64,000 nt of DNA. It comes from an uncultured virus (IMG/VR IMGVR_UViG_3300018050_001510) (lineage: Duplodnaviria; Heunggongvirae; Uroviricota; Caudoviricetes). The translations under genes were made by a program, and so were the position numbers. The notes under the pieces are model-generated. The model saw nothing but the letters and a program-made list of their open reading frames with translations, did no database searches and was not told the DNA's origin. Within the stretch, counting starts at the first letter, position 1. Every line of letters begins with the position of its first letter. Below, piece after piece: positions 55,247 through 64,000 of this stretch. The DNA is taken from IMG/VR virus record IMGVR_UViG_3300018050_001510; one strand, 5' to 3'.

Positions 55247-56323
55247 TTAATCTTCTCCTACAAACCTTCTTGGATCAAAAGCACCTTTGCTTGTTGAAAC
55301 ATTTACTTTGTTTACTCCTGGCATTTCTGCATTTTTTAGAGTATTCAAAAGTTTGGCAGTAGCAGAGTTTTCTCCACGACTTTTTAATATTTGCTTTATC
55401 ACATTTTTATTACGATAGATGAAAGCTATTTCAGCTAACTCTGATTCGTTTGCAGTAATCTCTCTCAGAAATTTACCACTTGTGATGTATTCATAATGTG
55501 AACCTTGAAATTTTTTAAGGTCAGAATCATTTTTAGCCACTTTAATATCAAACATCGTTTGAGTATTTTCTAAATGACTTTTTAGTTTCTCTTTAGAATA
55601 CATTAAATCTTTATCGTTCATTGAACTCGATTCTTTGTACTCTTCCTTTTTTTTATTTTCTAGTTCACCAACGTATCCGTTGATTCCATTACGCAATTTT
55701 CTAGCTTCGATAACAAGAACACCACTGTTTTCCATTTTTTCAACAGCAATTTCAGCATCTTCTTCATTCATACCATTAAGGACTAAATCCTTAATCATCA
55801 AAGCATCATCTTTTAATTTAAGAACTTCATTTAATTTTAAAATCTGTTCGTCAAATTTAGAAGGAGTAGTCTTCATACGAAGTTCCTCATTCTCTTGTTT
55901 TAACTTTTTAATAGCCTCAACAGTTTTTTCGATTGGTTCATTTTCTTCAACTCCAAGTTCAGTATAAATTTCTTTTGAAATAACTGGCTTTTGGTTATTT
56001 GAATTTTTATTATCAGAATTATCGTTTTGCTCAACTTCTAATCGAACAGTTTTTTGTTCATTAGTTTCATCATTATTATTGGATCTTTTATTTTCATCAA
56101 ACCCTTTTTCATCTTCATCGGCTGAATCACTAAAATCACTCCATGTCAAAGAACCATCATTATCGGTATTTTCAGTTTCTCTATTATCGGTTTTAGAATT
56201 AATTTCTTCACCTTTATTATTAACTTCACTACCATTATTTGCATCGATATTATTTTCAATATCTACATCTTCTTCAGCAAACTTTTTTGCTAATTCAATG
56301 TTCATTTCATTTTCATTTGCCAT
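55247..56323 (-). CDS. scaffolding-like acidic protein
   Basis: acidic disordered N-terminus, coiled coils, between portal and MCP. Confidence 0.7.
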   Translation of the reverse strand: MANENEMNIELAKKFAEEDVDIENNIDANNGSEVNNKGEEINSKTDNRETENTDNDGSLTWSDFSDSADEDEKGFDENKRSNNNDETNEQKTVRLEVEQNDNSDNKNSNNQKPVISKEIYTELGVEENEPIEKTVEAIKKLKQENEELRMKTTPSKFDEQILKLNEVLKLKDDALMIKDLVLNGMNEEDAEIAVEKMENSGVLVIEARKLRNGINGYVGELENKKKEEYKESSSMNDKDLMYSKEKLKSHLENTQTMFDIKVAKNDSDLKKFQGSHYEYITSGKFLREITANESELAEIAFIYRNKNVIKQILKSRGENSATAKLLNTLKNAEMPGVNKVNVSTSKGAFDPRRFVGED

Positions 56324-56344
56324 AACTTTTCTTTTTCTTTAATA

Positions 56345-56352
56345 CAAATATA
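56345..56352 (-). promoter_or_regulatory. Bacteroidota -7 promoter element TATATTTG upstream of scaffold/MCP
   Basis: TAnnTTTG consensus in a short intergenic gap. Confidence 0.5.
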
Positions 56353-56357
56353 TATAA

Positions 56358-58604
56358 TTATTTCTTTGAAGTACTTTTTGTAGGGGCTTTTTTATCGGGT
56401 GCTGGTTTGTTTTTACTGTCCATCATCTTTTCACGCTCAGACTGAATCTTTAAATTTGTTTCTTCAATCTTTGTACGATTTTTCATATCCGTAGTTTCTT
56501 TTGCTCCACGCATTAACTGGTCATTACTAATAGCCCTACCTTCACTCATAATATGAGCAACTTCAATTTTGGTTTTAGAATCCATATCTATATCGTACTT
56601 TTTCAACTCATTAGCCTGACCAGTAAGTTCATTTGATTGTTTAATCAATTCATTCTTTTGTTGTTCAATTTGAGTTTGTTGTGCTTGAACTTGTTTGAAT
56701 CCATTTGTAATAATATTTTCAATTTCAGTAGCAGAACTGGCACGAACAGAACGAATAGCACTTGAAGGATCAATAGCACCTGAATTAGCATATTGCATAA
56801 TTAAAGCAGCCATAGTTTTTCTATCTGAAAGTTCCTTTGCATTGTTTTTTACAAAAATACCGTACTCATCTTTAGCAATTGATTTATCAATATGAAATGT
56901 TTCCATGCCGGTATCTCCAAAAACATTAACCATACGACCTTCATTACCCCAACAAAAAGGCATAATATTAGCACAGGCTTGTAAAACATCACCAACAACC
57001 TTATAATGTATTTCATATAAAGGAGCAGTAATTAATGTAGATTGCATTACATTTCTTTCATTTACACCAACCAAATCTCCAGACTTATTTATTCCTGATC
57101 GTGCAGCACTAATACCTGTCATTCTATCTGCTGTATCATTTAATAATGCAAGAAGGTTCATTAACTGTTGAACACTATTTGATAAAGTAAAATCTACAGA
57201 TTGAAATTGGTTAAAACCATTTCCTCCATACTTATTACCTTCTTGTTTACTATTAATAAGGATAAGTCCTGAGTTCTTGGCATGATAAAAAACATCTTCT
57301 AAAGGAATCTTCTCAGGCTTTTGACTTACATCATAAACAACCGACTTACCACCCGAAGCAGCTAAAGCCTTTTCAATATGATACCAAACAATGTTTGTCA
57401 TCAATTGAACATTTTTTAATGCATCAACTGGCGATAATGTAACACTTGTAAAATTATTTTTAATACATCCGTAATAATCTAAAGTTGTATGTTGATAGTT
57501 TTCTTCTGGACGAAATTGATTTGGTTTTCTACCCCAATTAAGTAATAATTCATGACCAATAAGAATACCTTGTCTAACATCTGAACAGCCATACTCACGA
57601 ATATCTTCACCTTTTTTACCTTCATAATCATCTTCCATCATTTTATAAAATGGAGTTTCTTCGTCATAAGGATTTTTAGAAACCTTATACTTCATCATTT
57701 TAATTGAACGCCATTGAAGTTCAGTAACGCAAACAGATAATACACCACCATCATCAAAACGATAAAAATCAAAACCGAATCCTAAATCGTCAAAATATGA
57801 ACGGTCACGTGTTGATAAATCTTCAAGCCATTCAACCTGTTTCTTGTCTAATTTAAATCTATCAAGAATTTCATTAATTGCATAGTATCTTCTATGTCCA
57901 GCAAGTGAAGCATTTTGAATAAATTCTGATTCAGAATCTTTATCCCAAATCATATTTCTAGGGTCAATCCTTTCAACATAAGGATCACCATTTTTTATAT
58001 AAACTTTATAAAATTCTTTTGAGCAAATAGAAAGGTCATAAAAACCTCTTTTAAAAATATGGTCAAGACTATATTTTTGAACTAAAAATTTTAATCCTAC
58101 ATTAACATTTACCTCAACAGCATCTCTAAATTTCATATTGGAAAATTCTTCAATATCTTTTGGAATTTCTTCTCCAACATCTTCATCTTCCATTGGCACA
58201 CCAAGTAGTTCTTCCATCTCTCTTCGTATAGGACGAAGCAATGTTTCTACAGCGACACCAATCTTTTTTTCATTCTTTCTTGCAATAGCATTTCTATTAG
58301 TAACATTTACTGTCCACTCTAAACCTTGTGAAAGTAATTCTCCAGCAAGTAATTCTAATCGTGGAGCAATTACCGGCCAATTAACTAATCGTGCAGGAGC
58401 AGTAATTCCATAAGTGTCGGTCATATATTGAAATTGCTTATGGTCAAAAATACCATCTACTAATTGGTAATTTTCATGGTCTTTAATATTTTCATTTCTA
58501 AAAACACCATAATCATGATGATAATTTATGGTTGCAAGAATACAATCACGATGAAATTGTTCATCTTTTTTATTCTCTGGTATTGACTGTCTAGGAAAAA
58601 TCAT
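56358..58604 (-). CDS. portal protein
   Basis: FPRQ start, NWPVIAPRLELLAGE, GFNQFQSVDFTL, TGISAARSG; follows TerL. Confidence 0.9.
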   Translation of the reverse strand: MIFPRQSIPENKKDEQFHRDCILATINYHHDYGVFRNENIKDHENYQLVDGIFDHKQFQYMTDTYGITAPARLVNWPVIAPRLELLAGELLSQGLEWTVNVTNRNAIARKNEKKIGVAVETLLRPIRREMEELLGVPMEDEDVGEEIPKDIEEFSNMKFRDAVEVNVNVGLKFLVQKYSLDHIFKRGFYDLSICSKEFYKVYIKNGDPYVERIDPRNMIWDKDSESEFIQNASLAGHRRYYAINEILDRFKLDKKQVEWLEDLSTRDRSYFDDLGFGFDFYRFDDGGVLSVCVTELQWRSIKMMKYKVSKNPYDEETPFYKMMEDDYEGKKGEDIREYGCSDVRQGILIGHELLLNWGRKPNQFRPEENYQHTTLDYYGCIKNNFTSVTLSPVDALKNVQLMTNIVWYHIEKALAASGGKSVVYDVSQKPEKIPLEDVFYHAKNSGLILINSKQEGNKYGGNGFNQFQSVDFTLSNSVQQLMNLLALLNDTADRMTGISAARSGINKSGDLVGVNERNVMQSTLITAPLYEIHYKVVGDVLQACANIMPFCWGNEGRMVNVFGDTGMETFHIDKSIAKDEYGIFVKNNAKELSDRKTMAALIMQYANSGAIDPSSAIRSVRASSATEIENIITNGFKQVQAQQTQIEQQKNELIKQSNELTGQANELKKYDIDMDSKTKIEVAHIMSEGRAISNDQLMRGAKETTDMKNRTKIEETNLKIQSEREKMMDSKNKPAPDKKAPTKSTSKK

Positions 58605-60487
58605 AAGTTATAATTTAATGTTGGTGGCTTAGAGCCAGATTTATTCATTCCCACATAAGTAATTTTACCTGAATCTTTATCCCTATGGAAACCAAATAAT
58701 GATTCTTCTTTTTCTTCTTTTACAGGCTTAGCAATAAGCTTAATCATGTCCATATCGTGCATCAAACATAATCCAAAAGCCATTGCTTCATCCGTATTCT
58801 TTGTCCCAAATTTAGCTAATTCATGCAAAAGTGACACAAAAAAAATATTATCGCAATAATCTCGCACATATTCTGCAATTAAATCTACTAAAAGACTTTT
58901 TTGGTATTCCGACATATTAACTCCATATCGATTTGTTGGCTTTGCATAGGGAGCATCTGAAGATAATGGTCGTTCTTTTAAGTATCTTAACGCTTCTTTT
59001 TTATTAAACCATCCTAAAAAATAATCATCTGTATTTTCTACAAGTATTTGAGTATCAAAGTAAACAGCTAGTTTATAACAATTTTCACAAAATGTATCTT
59101 TTGAAGCAGGTCGGTCCAAATACTTTGCTACAGGAATATTTCCAACTGTATTTACACCTAAGAACCTACGGTACACATACATACAACCTTTTGAACGGTA
59201 TTTATTATCATTTGAACCTTTTTCTTCAAACTCATCATTTATATTGTAACTATCAACACCCGCTACGTGAGCAAATTGATAACCATCCAACGGAAGTGGT
59301 GGATCTAAAAGTTCAAAACATCCATTATCATCAAAAATAAATTCAGGTTTAGCACCAACAACACTTTTACCTTCTTTTGTTCTGGGCCATTCTAATCGAC
59401 CACGAACAACCTTTCGGGAAGAAGTATCGGTAAGTATATAAGCTTTTTGATTATTAATTTTATCAAGATCAAATGGAGTATTACCAAGTGACACAAAAGC
59501 ATCTTCCATGCTAAGTGGCATCTCTTGTTTAAAAGTATAGTACGCAAGTTTATCACCTTTTTTTTCAGCCAAACGTTTTTCAATATCTTTTGTTGCACCA
59601 GCAACATCTGACTTTCCTGTACTCATATCAAAGAATCCGACATAAGCTTTTGAAGCTGGAATAAATATTGGTTTTAAATTATACTTTTTGGCATCATAAA
59701 GCATATCTTGAAAATCCCTATGTTCATGGGAAATCTGATTTGAAGTACCACCAATAATTGGAATACCAAACTGTTTAGAACCTTCACGAAAACATTCTTC
59801 AGAGTTGAGGTAAATTTTTTTAAGTTTTGAAACCTCACCACCCTCTTCAATAAACATCCATTTTAATGAAAGTCCACGAAAACAGTTTTCATCTTTTGCT
59901 ATACGAAAGTGCATTTCTGATTGTAATCCTTTTGGAACCCATTCACCTTCAATTTTTTCTTTATAACCAGATATTAAAGAACCATCTTCTGCTTTTGAAT
60001 AAGATTTTAATTTAAAGTATGGATCTATTTTATTGTAAGCTTTCATGACCTTGGCACGAAAGTCCATTACATAATCTTCTTTTTCGGAAGCTACTGCAGA
60101 AACACTATTTGGAAAAAATGACCATTCATGAAGTAATAGTCCAGCATTATTAAAAGAAAAACCCTTACGTCTTGCTTTTAAAACAATAAGACCGTAAGCT
60201 CCTTTTTCAGCTTCTTCAATTTCACAATAATATTCGTGATCTTGGTCACGATAAAAAGGATGACCTACTTTTTTACGATTTGTTTTTGGGTCAAAAGTAT
60301 CAATGCTGCAAAAATTTAAATAAAAATAGTAAGCTCCCGACATTCTAGTACCTCCATTTGGAGTATATCCATTTATACATCGGTCATACTGTTCACTCCA
60401 CCAATTCATATAATCAGCAGAACCCTTACGTAAAGAATAACGAAGAGGATCATGAACAGCCGGGCTATATTTTTCTGCTAGTATCAG
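58601..60487 (-). CDS. terL: terminase large subunit (likely CTG start at 60487; track start 60409)
   Basis: YYFYLNF, LKARRKGFS, FIEEGG, GGT, AGVDSY, LVEN, NTDEAMA. Confidence 0.93.
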   Translation of the reverse strand: MILAEKYSPAVHDPLRYSLRKGSADYMNWWSEQYDRCINGYTPNGGTRMSGAYYFYLNFCSIDTFDPKTNRKKVGHPFYRDQDHEYYCEIEEAEKGAYGLIVLKARRKGFSFNNAGLLLHEWSFFPNSVSAVASEKEDYVMDFRAKVMKAYNKIDPYFKLKSYSKAEDGSLISGYKEKIEGEWVPKGLQSEMHFRIAKDENCFRGLSLKWMFIEEGGEVSKLKKIYLNSEECFREGSKQFGIPIIGGTSNQISHEHRDFQDMLYDAKKYNLKPIFIPASKAYVGFFDMSTGKSDVAGATKDIEKRLAEKKGDKLAYYTFKQEMPLSMEDAFVSLGNTPFDLDKINNQKAYILTDTSSRKVVRGRLEWPRTKEGKSVVGAKPEFIFDDNGCFELLDPPLPLDGYQFAHVAGVDSYNINDEFEEKGSNDNKYRSKGCMYVYRRFLGVNTVGNIPVAKYLDRPASKDTFCENCYKLAVYFDTQILVENTDDYFLGWFNKKEALRYLKERPLSSDAPYAKPTNRYGVNMSEYQKSLLVDLIAEYVRDYCDNIFFVSLLHELAKFGTKNTDEAMAFGLCLMHDMDMIKLIAKPVKEEKEESLFGFHRDKDSGKITYVGMNKSGSKPPTLNYNL

Positions 60488-61038
60488 ACTTTCATTGTTT
60501 TTTCTTTCTTTCTAAGTTTTTCCTCTTGATATGATAATGCTTCCTCTTCTTTACCATGTATCTGTACACCTTTTTCTAAACTGGCAATAATTCGTTTTTC
60601 TAATTTCTCTCTTGATTCAGCAGCTTTTTCCATTTTAATTGCCATATCGTTTACTTCGTCTAAATTTTTTGCATCAACTTTAATCCCTCGAAATATTTTT
60701 GTAATCTCATTCATCTTATCAGTCATTGCCCAATACTGGTCAAGCAATGGATCGTATTGTAACTTACGATATTCTTCACGTGCAAGATTAACTTTTGGAT
60801 TACGCATATATCCTGTTTCACCATCTAATAAGTTTTCACAGGCTTGCTTTTCACGTTCCTCTGTTGGTAATTTACGATATATAGATTTATAATCTTCAAC
60901 GGCTACTATCCAACGAACCATTCGTGAACCCATGTTCTTGTCTTTATAGACAGCAAAAAGTTTAGGGGCAAGAGAAATTGTCTTGTCCAGTAGGAATACA
61001 TTTCCATCATTCTCAATATCTACTAAAGTCCCAAACAT
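60484..61038 (-). CDS. terminase small subunit (putative)
   Basis: directly upstream of and overlapping terL; helical 184 aa. Confidence 0.6.
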   Translation of the reverse strand: MFGTLVDIENDGNVFLLDKTISLAPKLFAVYKDKNMGSRMVRWIVAVEDYKSIYRKLPTEEREKQACENLLDGETGYMRNPKVNLAREEYRKLQYDPLLDQYWAMTDKMNEITKIFRGIKVDAKNLDEVNDMAIKMEKAAESREKLEKRIIASLEKGVQIHGKEEEALSYQEEKLRKKEKTMKV

Positions 61039-61229
61039 GGTTCTTGTTCATCAGTTATTAAACCAGTTTTATTTTTTGGTGTTGCATGAAAATCAAAAAA
61101 AAGAAATCTCATTCTTGTTCCTAAATAAAAATAATAATGAGGCTTACGTCTTATAATACGAGAAAATCTTCTATGTTTTTCAATAGAAGATTCACTTTTT
61201 GACTTTCTAATAATACGATACGAAATCAT
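61023..61229 (-). CDS. small basic hypothetical protein
   Basis: ORF track; translationally coupled to neighbours. Confidence 0.5.
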   Translation of the reverse strand: MISYRIIRKSKSESSIEKHRRFSRIIRRKPHYYFYLGTRMRFLFFDFHATPKNKTGLITDEQEPCLGL

Positions 61230-61342
61230 TAATAAGGAGATTTCATTTTCTTTGGTCCTTTAACTGGTGTAAGTTTCTTAACTCCCTTTGGAGCTTTTAC
61301 AGTTTTTAATCCCTTCGGAGCTTTTACTTTTTTTTGTGACAT
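61229..61342 (-). CDS. 37-aa Lys/Pro-rich peptide MSQKKVKAPKGLKTVKAPKGVKKLTPVKGPKKMKSPY, not in ORF track
   Basis: manual translation; TAA overlaps next ATG. Confidence 0.65.
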   Translation of the reverse strand: MSQKKVKAPKGLKTVKAPKGVKKLTPVKGPKKMKSPY

Positions 61343-61357
61343 AATATTAATTTTAAA

Positions 61358-61609
61358 TTAAACGTGATTATTCATAAGAGGAATTTTTAATTCTCTCAAT
61401 AAATTTATGACTAACACTTCTGCATCTAATTTATGGCGAAATTCATTCTCCATAATTTTTTTGCATATAGCGGTAATCTCTTCAGGAATGGAATAACCTA
61501 CAACGGCTTTCCAATGACCTGTATTTTGACAATGATAATATAAACGATCATTGCATCTAGCGCCTTTATTCTCGCTAAAAATTTCTACGGTGTAATTGTT
61601 TTGTGACAT
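61358..61609 (-). CDS. hypothetical protein
   Basis: ORF track; first gene of the leftward late transcript. Confidence 0.65.
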   Translation of the reverse strand: MSQNNYTVEIFSENKGARCNDRLYYHCQNTGHWKAVVGYSIPEEITAICKKIMENEFRHKLDAEVLVINLLRELKIPLMNNHV

Positions 61610-61629
61610 AATTTATTTTACTCTCATTG

Positions 61630-61658
61630 CAAATATATATAAAAAAATAATACCTTTG
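61630..61658. promoter_or_regulatory. divergent Bacteroidota-type promoters (TATATTTG on - at 61630-61637; TACCTTTG on + at 61651-61658)
   Basis: two TAnnTTTG elements back to back between divergent genes. Confidence 0.6.
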
Positions 61659-61751
61659 ACACTTCGGCAAATCCTCAGCTTTCTTTTAAGCTACCCACGA
61701 TGGATTAACGCTTCTCTCGCATCTAACCCTCGGTAACGGGGGTTCGGTGTT
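61658..61751 (+). ncRNA. candidate structured leader/ncRNA
   Basis: nested stems including AACCCTCG-GTAA-CGGGGGTT (GNRA loop, G-U pair). Confidence 0.35.
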
Positions 61752-61765
61752 TAATAACATATCCT

Positions 61766-62053
61766 ATGCAGAAACCAATAGTTATTATTTGTGATCTCCA
61801 AGTTTCATACTACAAAGAAAACAAAACGAATAAAAAGCCCGAAACACTAAAAACAATTTTTAAAAAAGAATCAATTACTGTCTGGGATGATATCCAAACG
61901 ATACCCAGCAATCTAATCGAAGCGTATAAAAAGAGATTTGGAAAAGAGATTTCCGAAAAAGTCTCTGTTACAGAAATACAAATTATAAACTTCCACCAAT
62001 CATTCGGTCCAGTTAATTATATCCCAAAAGAAGGTTGGCAAACATATAAATAA
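61766..62053 (+). CDS. hypothetical protein
   Basis: ORF track. Confidence 0.65.
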   Translation: MQKPIVIICDLQVSYYKENKTNKKPETLKTIFKKESITVWDDIQTIPSNLIEAYKKRFGKEISEKVSVTEIQIINFHQSFGPVNYIPKEGWQTYK

Positions 62054-62059
62054 ATAATT

Positions 62060-62164
62060 ATGAAAATAAATCTAATAATCTTTATCGCTATTTCCTCAAC
62101 AGCAGTATTTGCCCTAACAGGTTATTTCTGCATCTATCCATTAATTCTTAAAAACCAAAACTAA
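62060..62164 (+). CDS. 34-aa membrane peptide (MKINLIIFIAISSTAVFALTGYFCIYPLILKNQN), not in ORF track
   Basis: manual translation; single hydrophobic helix. Confidence 0.45.
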   Translation: MKINLIIFIAISSTAVFALTGYFCIYPLILKNQN

Positions 62165-62275
62165 TTTTCTATAAAACAAAAAATCCAGAAGATATTTCTA
62201 CCCCCTGGACTTCTTGCAAAACATAAAACATTGTTCGATTTTAAAACAAAGAAAAAACTATTCCAAAGATAATAA

Positions 62276-62806
62276 TTAATCCTTACCTACAACACCCCTC
62301 TTCCAACCAATAGCATTATCTTCCGTATCTACATCATCAATCCTTACCATAATCCTCGTATTACTTACCCAACTTAAAAACCATCCATAATACTTCGTAT
62401 CTCCCTCATACCGGTAAATCCTCTCTCCACCTTCCATATCCTTTAATTCACTATTCAATAACGCATGCGCCGTCTCCTCATCCATATTCTCGTACATCAA
62501 ATATCCCTGATCTATAAACTCCCTACCCCTATCACTAATCTGAAACTTTACCTTATAATATCCCCCCTCAACATTCATCTCCCTTTCTACCACCCCCACC
62601 ATAACATCAGATTCACCTAATCGTACAACTAATCCATAACTCATACTACCAAACGTAAAAACCTTCCTTACATTCATCTTCTCAATATCATCCCTCATTA
62701 CACCCCTCCTCAATAATCCACTAAATACCTTATCAAGCAACCTGGACTCAACATCCAAATACTCCTTAACCATTTGCTCAAACATCTCTATCCTCTCCAT
62801 ATTCAA
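62276..62806 (-). CDS. hypothetical protein with strongly G-biased codons
   Basis: 176-aa ORF in the strand-skewed segment. Confidence 0.6.
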   Translation of the reverse strand: MNMERIEMFEQMVKEYLDVESRLLDKVFSGLLRRGVMRDDIEKMNVRKVFTFGSMSYGLVVRLGESDVMVGVVEREMNVEGGYYKVKFQISDRGREFIDQGYLMYENMDEETAHALLNSELKDMEGGERIYRYEGDTKYYGWFLSWVSNTRIMVRIDDVDTEDNAIGWKRGVVGKD

Positions 62807-63235
62807 AAATTACATAACTAACCCCCATTGCGTAAACTTTACAGTACAAACACCCCCCCTATAGTACTGAAAATTATATTTGTGATACCCCGGTACGGAG
62901 GTTATCACTAAAAAACCCCGATAATAAAATCAAAATGGAAACAGGGAGGCATCAATTCATCAAAAATTTTTTCATTTTGGAAAAAATATCGTCTAATAAT
63001 GATAAATTCTAATCATTTTTGACGATTATGTAGAACTAATTAACTATAATATAATCAATCTATTACTTGTGAGGTAATCCCTTATCTACGTTAATCAATA
63101 TTATAATTATGTGTGCTTTACTATCTATTGAGAATATTATATACGATGTAAAGATGTGTGATATTGTCCTAAGACTTTGTAAAGTTAGCGGAAATAAATG
63201 AGATAGTCAAGAATCTAAACGTATTTAGGTGAACT

Positions 63236-63318
63236 TAGTCGTTTGTTGTCGGATAAATATATTATTATCATTGATTCTCAATGATAATAATTAATAGCCG
63301 TTTGTTGTCGGCTAAACA
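63236..63318. repeat. 14-bp perfect palindrome with 3-nt loop flanked by two ~24-bp direct repeats
   Basis: ATTATTATCATTGA-TTC-TCAATGATAATAAT (63261-63291); TAGYCGTTTGTTGTCGGMTAAAYA at 63236 and 63295. Confidence 0.85.
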
Positions 63319-63332
63319 AATACAATAATGTT

Positions 63333-63354
63333 TAGGGGCTTTATTGTCTTTTGT
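63333..63354 (+). promoter_or_regulatory. conserved early-gene hairpin copy (AGGGGC-TTTATT-GTCTTT)
   Basis: family motif upstream of ORF 63392. Confidence 0.55.
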
Positions 63355-63391
63355 ATCAATTAAACTAATTTAAACTAAATACTATTACAAC

Positions 63392-63610
63392 ATGGAAAAC
63401 ACAATCATTTTAGGTAATTTACTGGAATATTTCGGTGGATTAAATACTGAAAACAAACAAGATGTTATTAATACAGTAAAAGAAGTAAACCTTCCTGTAT
63501 TCAATGATTTGACTAATGATGTTTATACAATTGAAGACTTTGAAAAAAGAATAGATTCAATCGTAGAAAATTATGAAACCATATTAAGAAACATCACAAT
63601 TGAATTGTAA
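63392..63610 (+). CDS. acidic early protein
   Basis: ORF track; first gene after the control region. Confidence 0.7.
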   Translation: MENTIILGNLLEYFGGLNTENKQDVINTVKEVNLPVFNDLTNDVYTIEDFEKRIDSIVENYETILRNITIEL

Positions 63611-63635
63611 ACATAAGGGCTTAACAGCCCTTTGT
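63611..63635 (+). promoter_or_regulatory. conserved early-gene hairpin copy (AAGGGC-TTAACA-GCCCTT)
   Basis: family motif upstream of ORF 63660. Confidence 0.65.
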
Positions 63636-63659
63636 ATTAATTAATTAAATCTAAATACT

Positions 63660-63926
63660 ATGTACTACATTTTAAAAGATAAACAACCTGTAAAGGTTAG
63701 TTATGATGAGTATCTAAAGCAAAACATCAGTGATGATATAATTGCTAAAGATAACTTTGGAACAACGATAATATCAACAGTATTTGTTGGTGTTTATAAT
63801 TGTATGTTCGAAACAATGGTGTTCGGAGATCCAGACTTAGAAGGATATCAAAAAAGATATTCAACTTATGAAGAGTCTGTAAAAGGACATCAAATGATTA
63901 AAGAATGTATCGAAAAGTTGTCGTAA
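63660..63926 (+). CDS. hypothetical early protein (ISTVFVG...FETMVFG...YQKRYSTYEE..KGH)
   Basis: ORF track; recurrent small phage protein pattern. Confidence 0.75.
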   Translation: MYYILKDKQPVKVSYDEYLKQNISDDIIAKDNFGTTIISTVFVGVYNCMFETMVFGDPDLEGYQKRYSTYEESVKGHQMIKECIEKLS

Positions 63927-63933
63927 CTATTAC

Positions 63934-63957
63934 TCAAAGGGCTTTAATGTCCTTTGA
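63934..63957 (+). promoter_or_regulatory. conserved early-gene hairpin copy (TCAAAGGGC-TTTAAT-GTCCTTTGA)
   Basis: family motif upstream of an ATG at 63981 truncated by the window end. Confidence 0.65.
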
Positions 63958-64000
63958 TTATTAACCTAAAACTAAATGTTATGAAAAATCAATTCGCTGT

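Noticed and set aside
14910..59607. Numerous short + strand and alternate-frame ORFs nested in late genes (e.g. 18459, 26529, 42826, 44126, 53900, 55635, 58138)
   Set aside because: Phe/Ser/Leu-rich antisense or off-frame shadows of long real genes, with no independent motifs
53809..60487. Introns or inteins in TerL, portal or MCP (common in crAss-like phages)
   Set aside because: ORFs are continuous and of ordinary length, with no intein or homing endonuclease motifs seen
63236..63318. Mini-CRISPR array (two repeats with a 35-nt spacer)
   Set aside because: Only two imperfect 24-bp repeats and the intervening sequence is itself a perfect palindrome, which fits a regulatory or origin element better
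1..64000. Stop-codon reassignment (TAG or TGA), known in some crAss-like phages
   Set aside because: Very long late ORFs are uninterrupted in the standard code, TAG and TGA end genes at tight junctions (e.g. 50641, 60484), and no suppressor tRNA is evident

Overview
AT-rich bacteriophage DNA with the gene order and hallmark proteins of a crAss-like (Crassvirales-type, phi14:2/Flavobacterium-phage-like) podophage of a Bacteroidota host. It is read in the standard genetic code and has no integrase. The + strand arm (1-14.2 kb, and again after 63.3 kb) holds small early genes, a RadC/JAB protein, a five-gene PRTRC ubiquitin-like cassette (E, C, F, B/E2, ThiF/E1), DnaB, a Sak4-like ATPase, an SSB-like protein, nucleases and an aberrant tRNA. 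The - strand arm (14.2-61.6 kb) is the late region: TerS, TerL, portal, scaffold, major capsid, tail ring/stabilisation proteins, large ejection proteins including a 3579-aa virion RNA polymerase, Cys-rich structural proteins, tail fibres and lysis genes. A divergent control region with extreme strand skew, palindromes and repeats lies at 61.6-63.4 kb. The most notable items are the phage-borne E1/E2/Ubl cassette with a JAB protein in the same early region, a conserved hairpin family upstream of early genes, and a tRNA body with a rebuilt anticodon arm. All family assignments come from motif recognition and synteny, not database searches.
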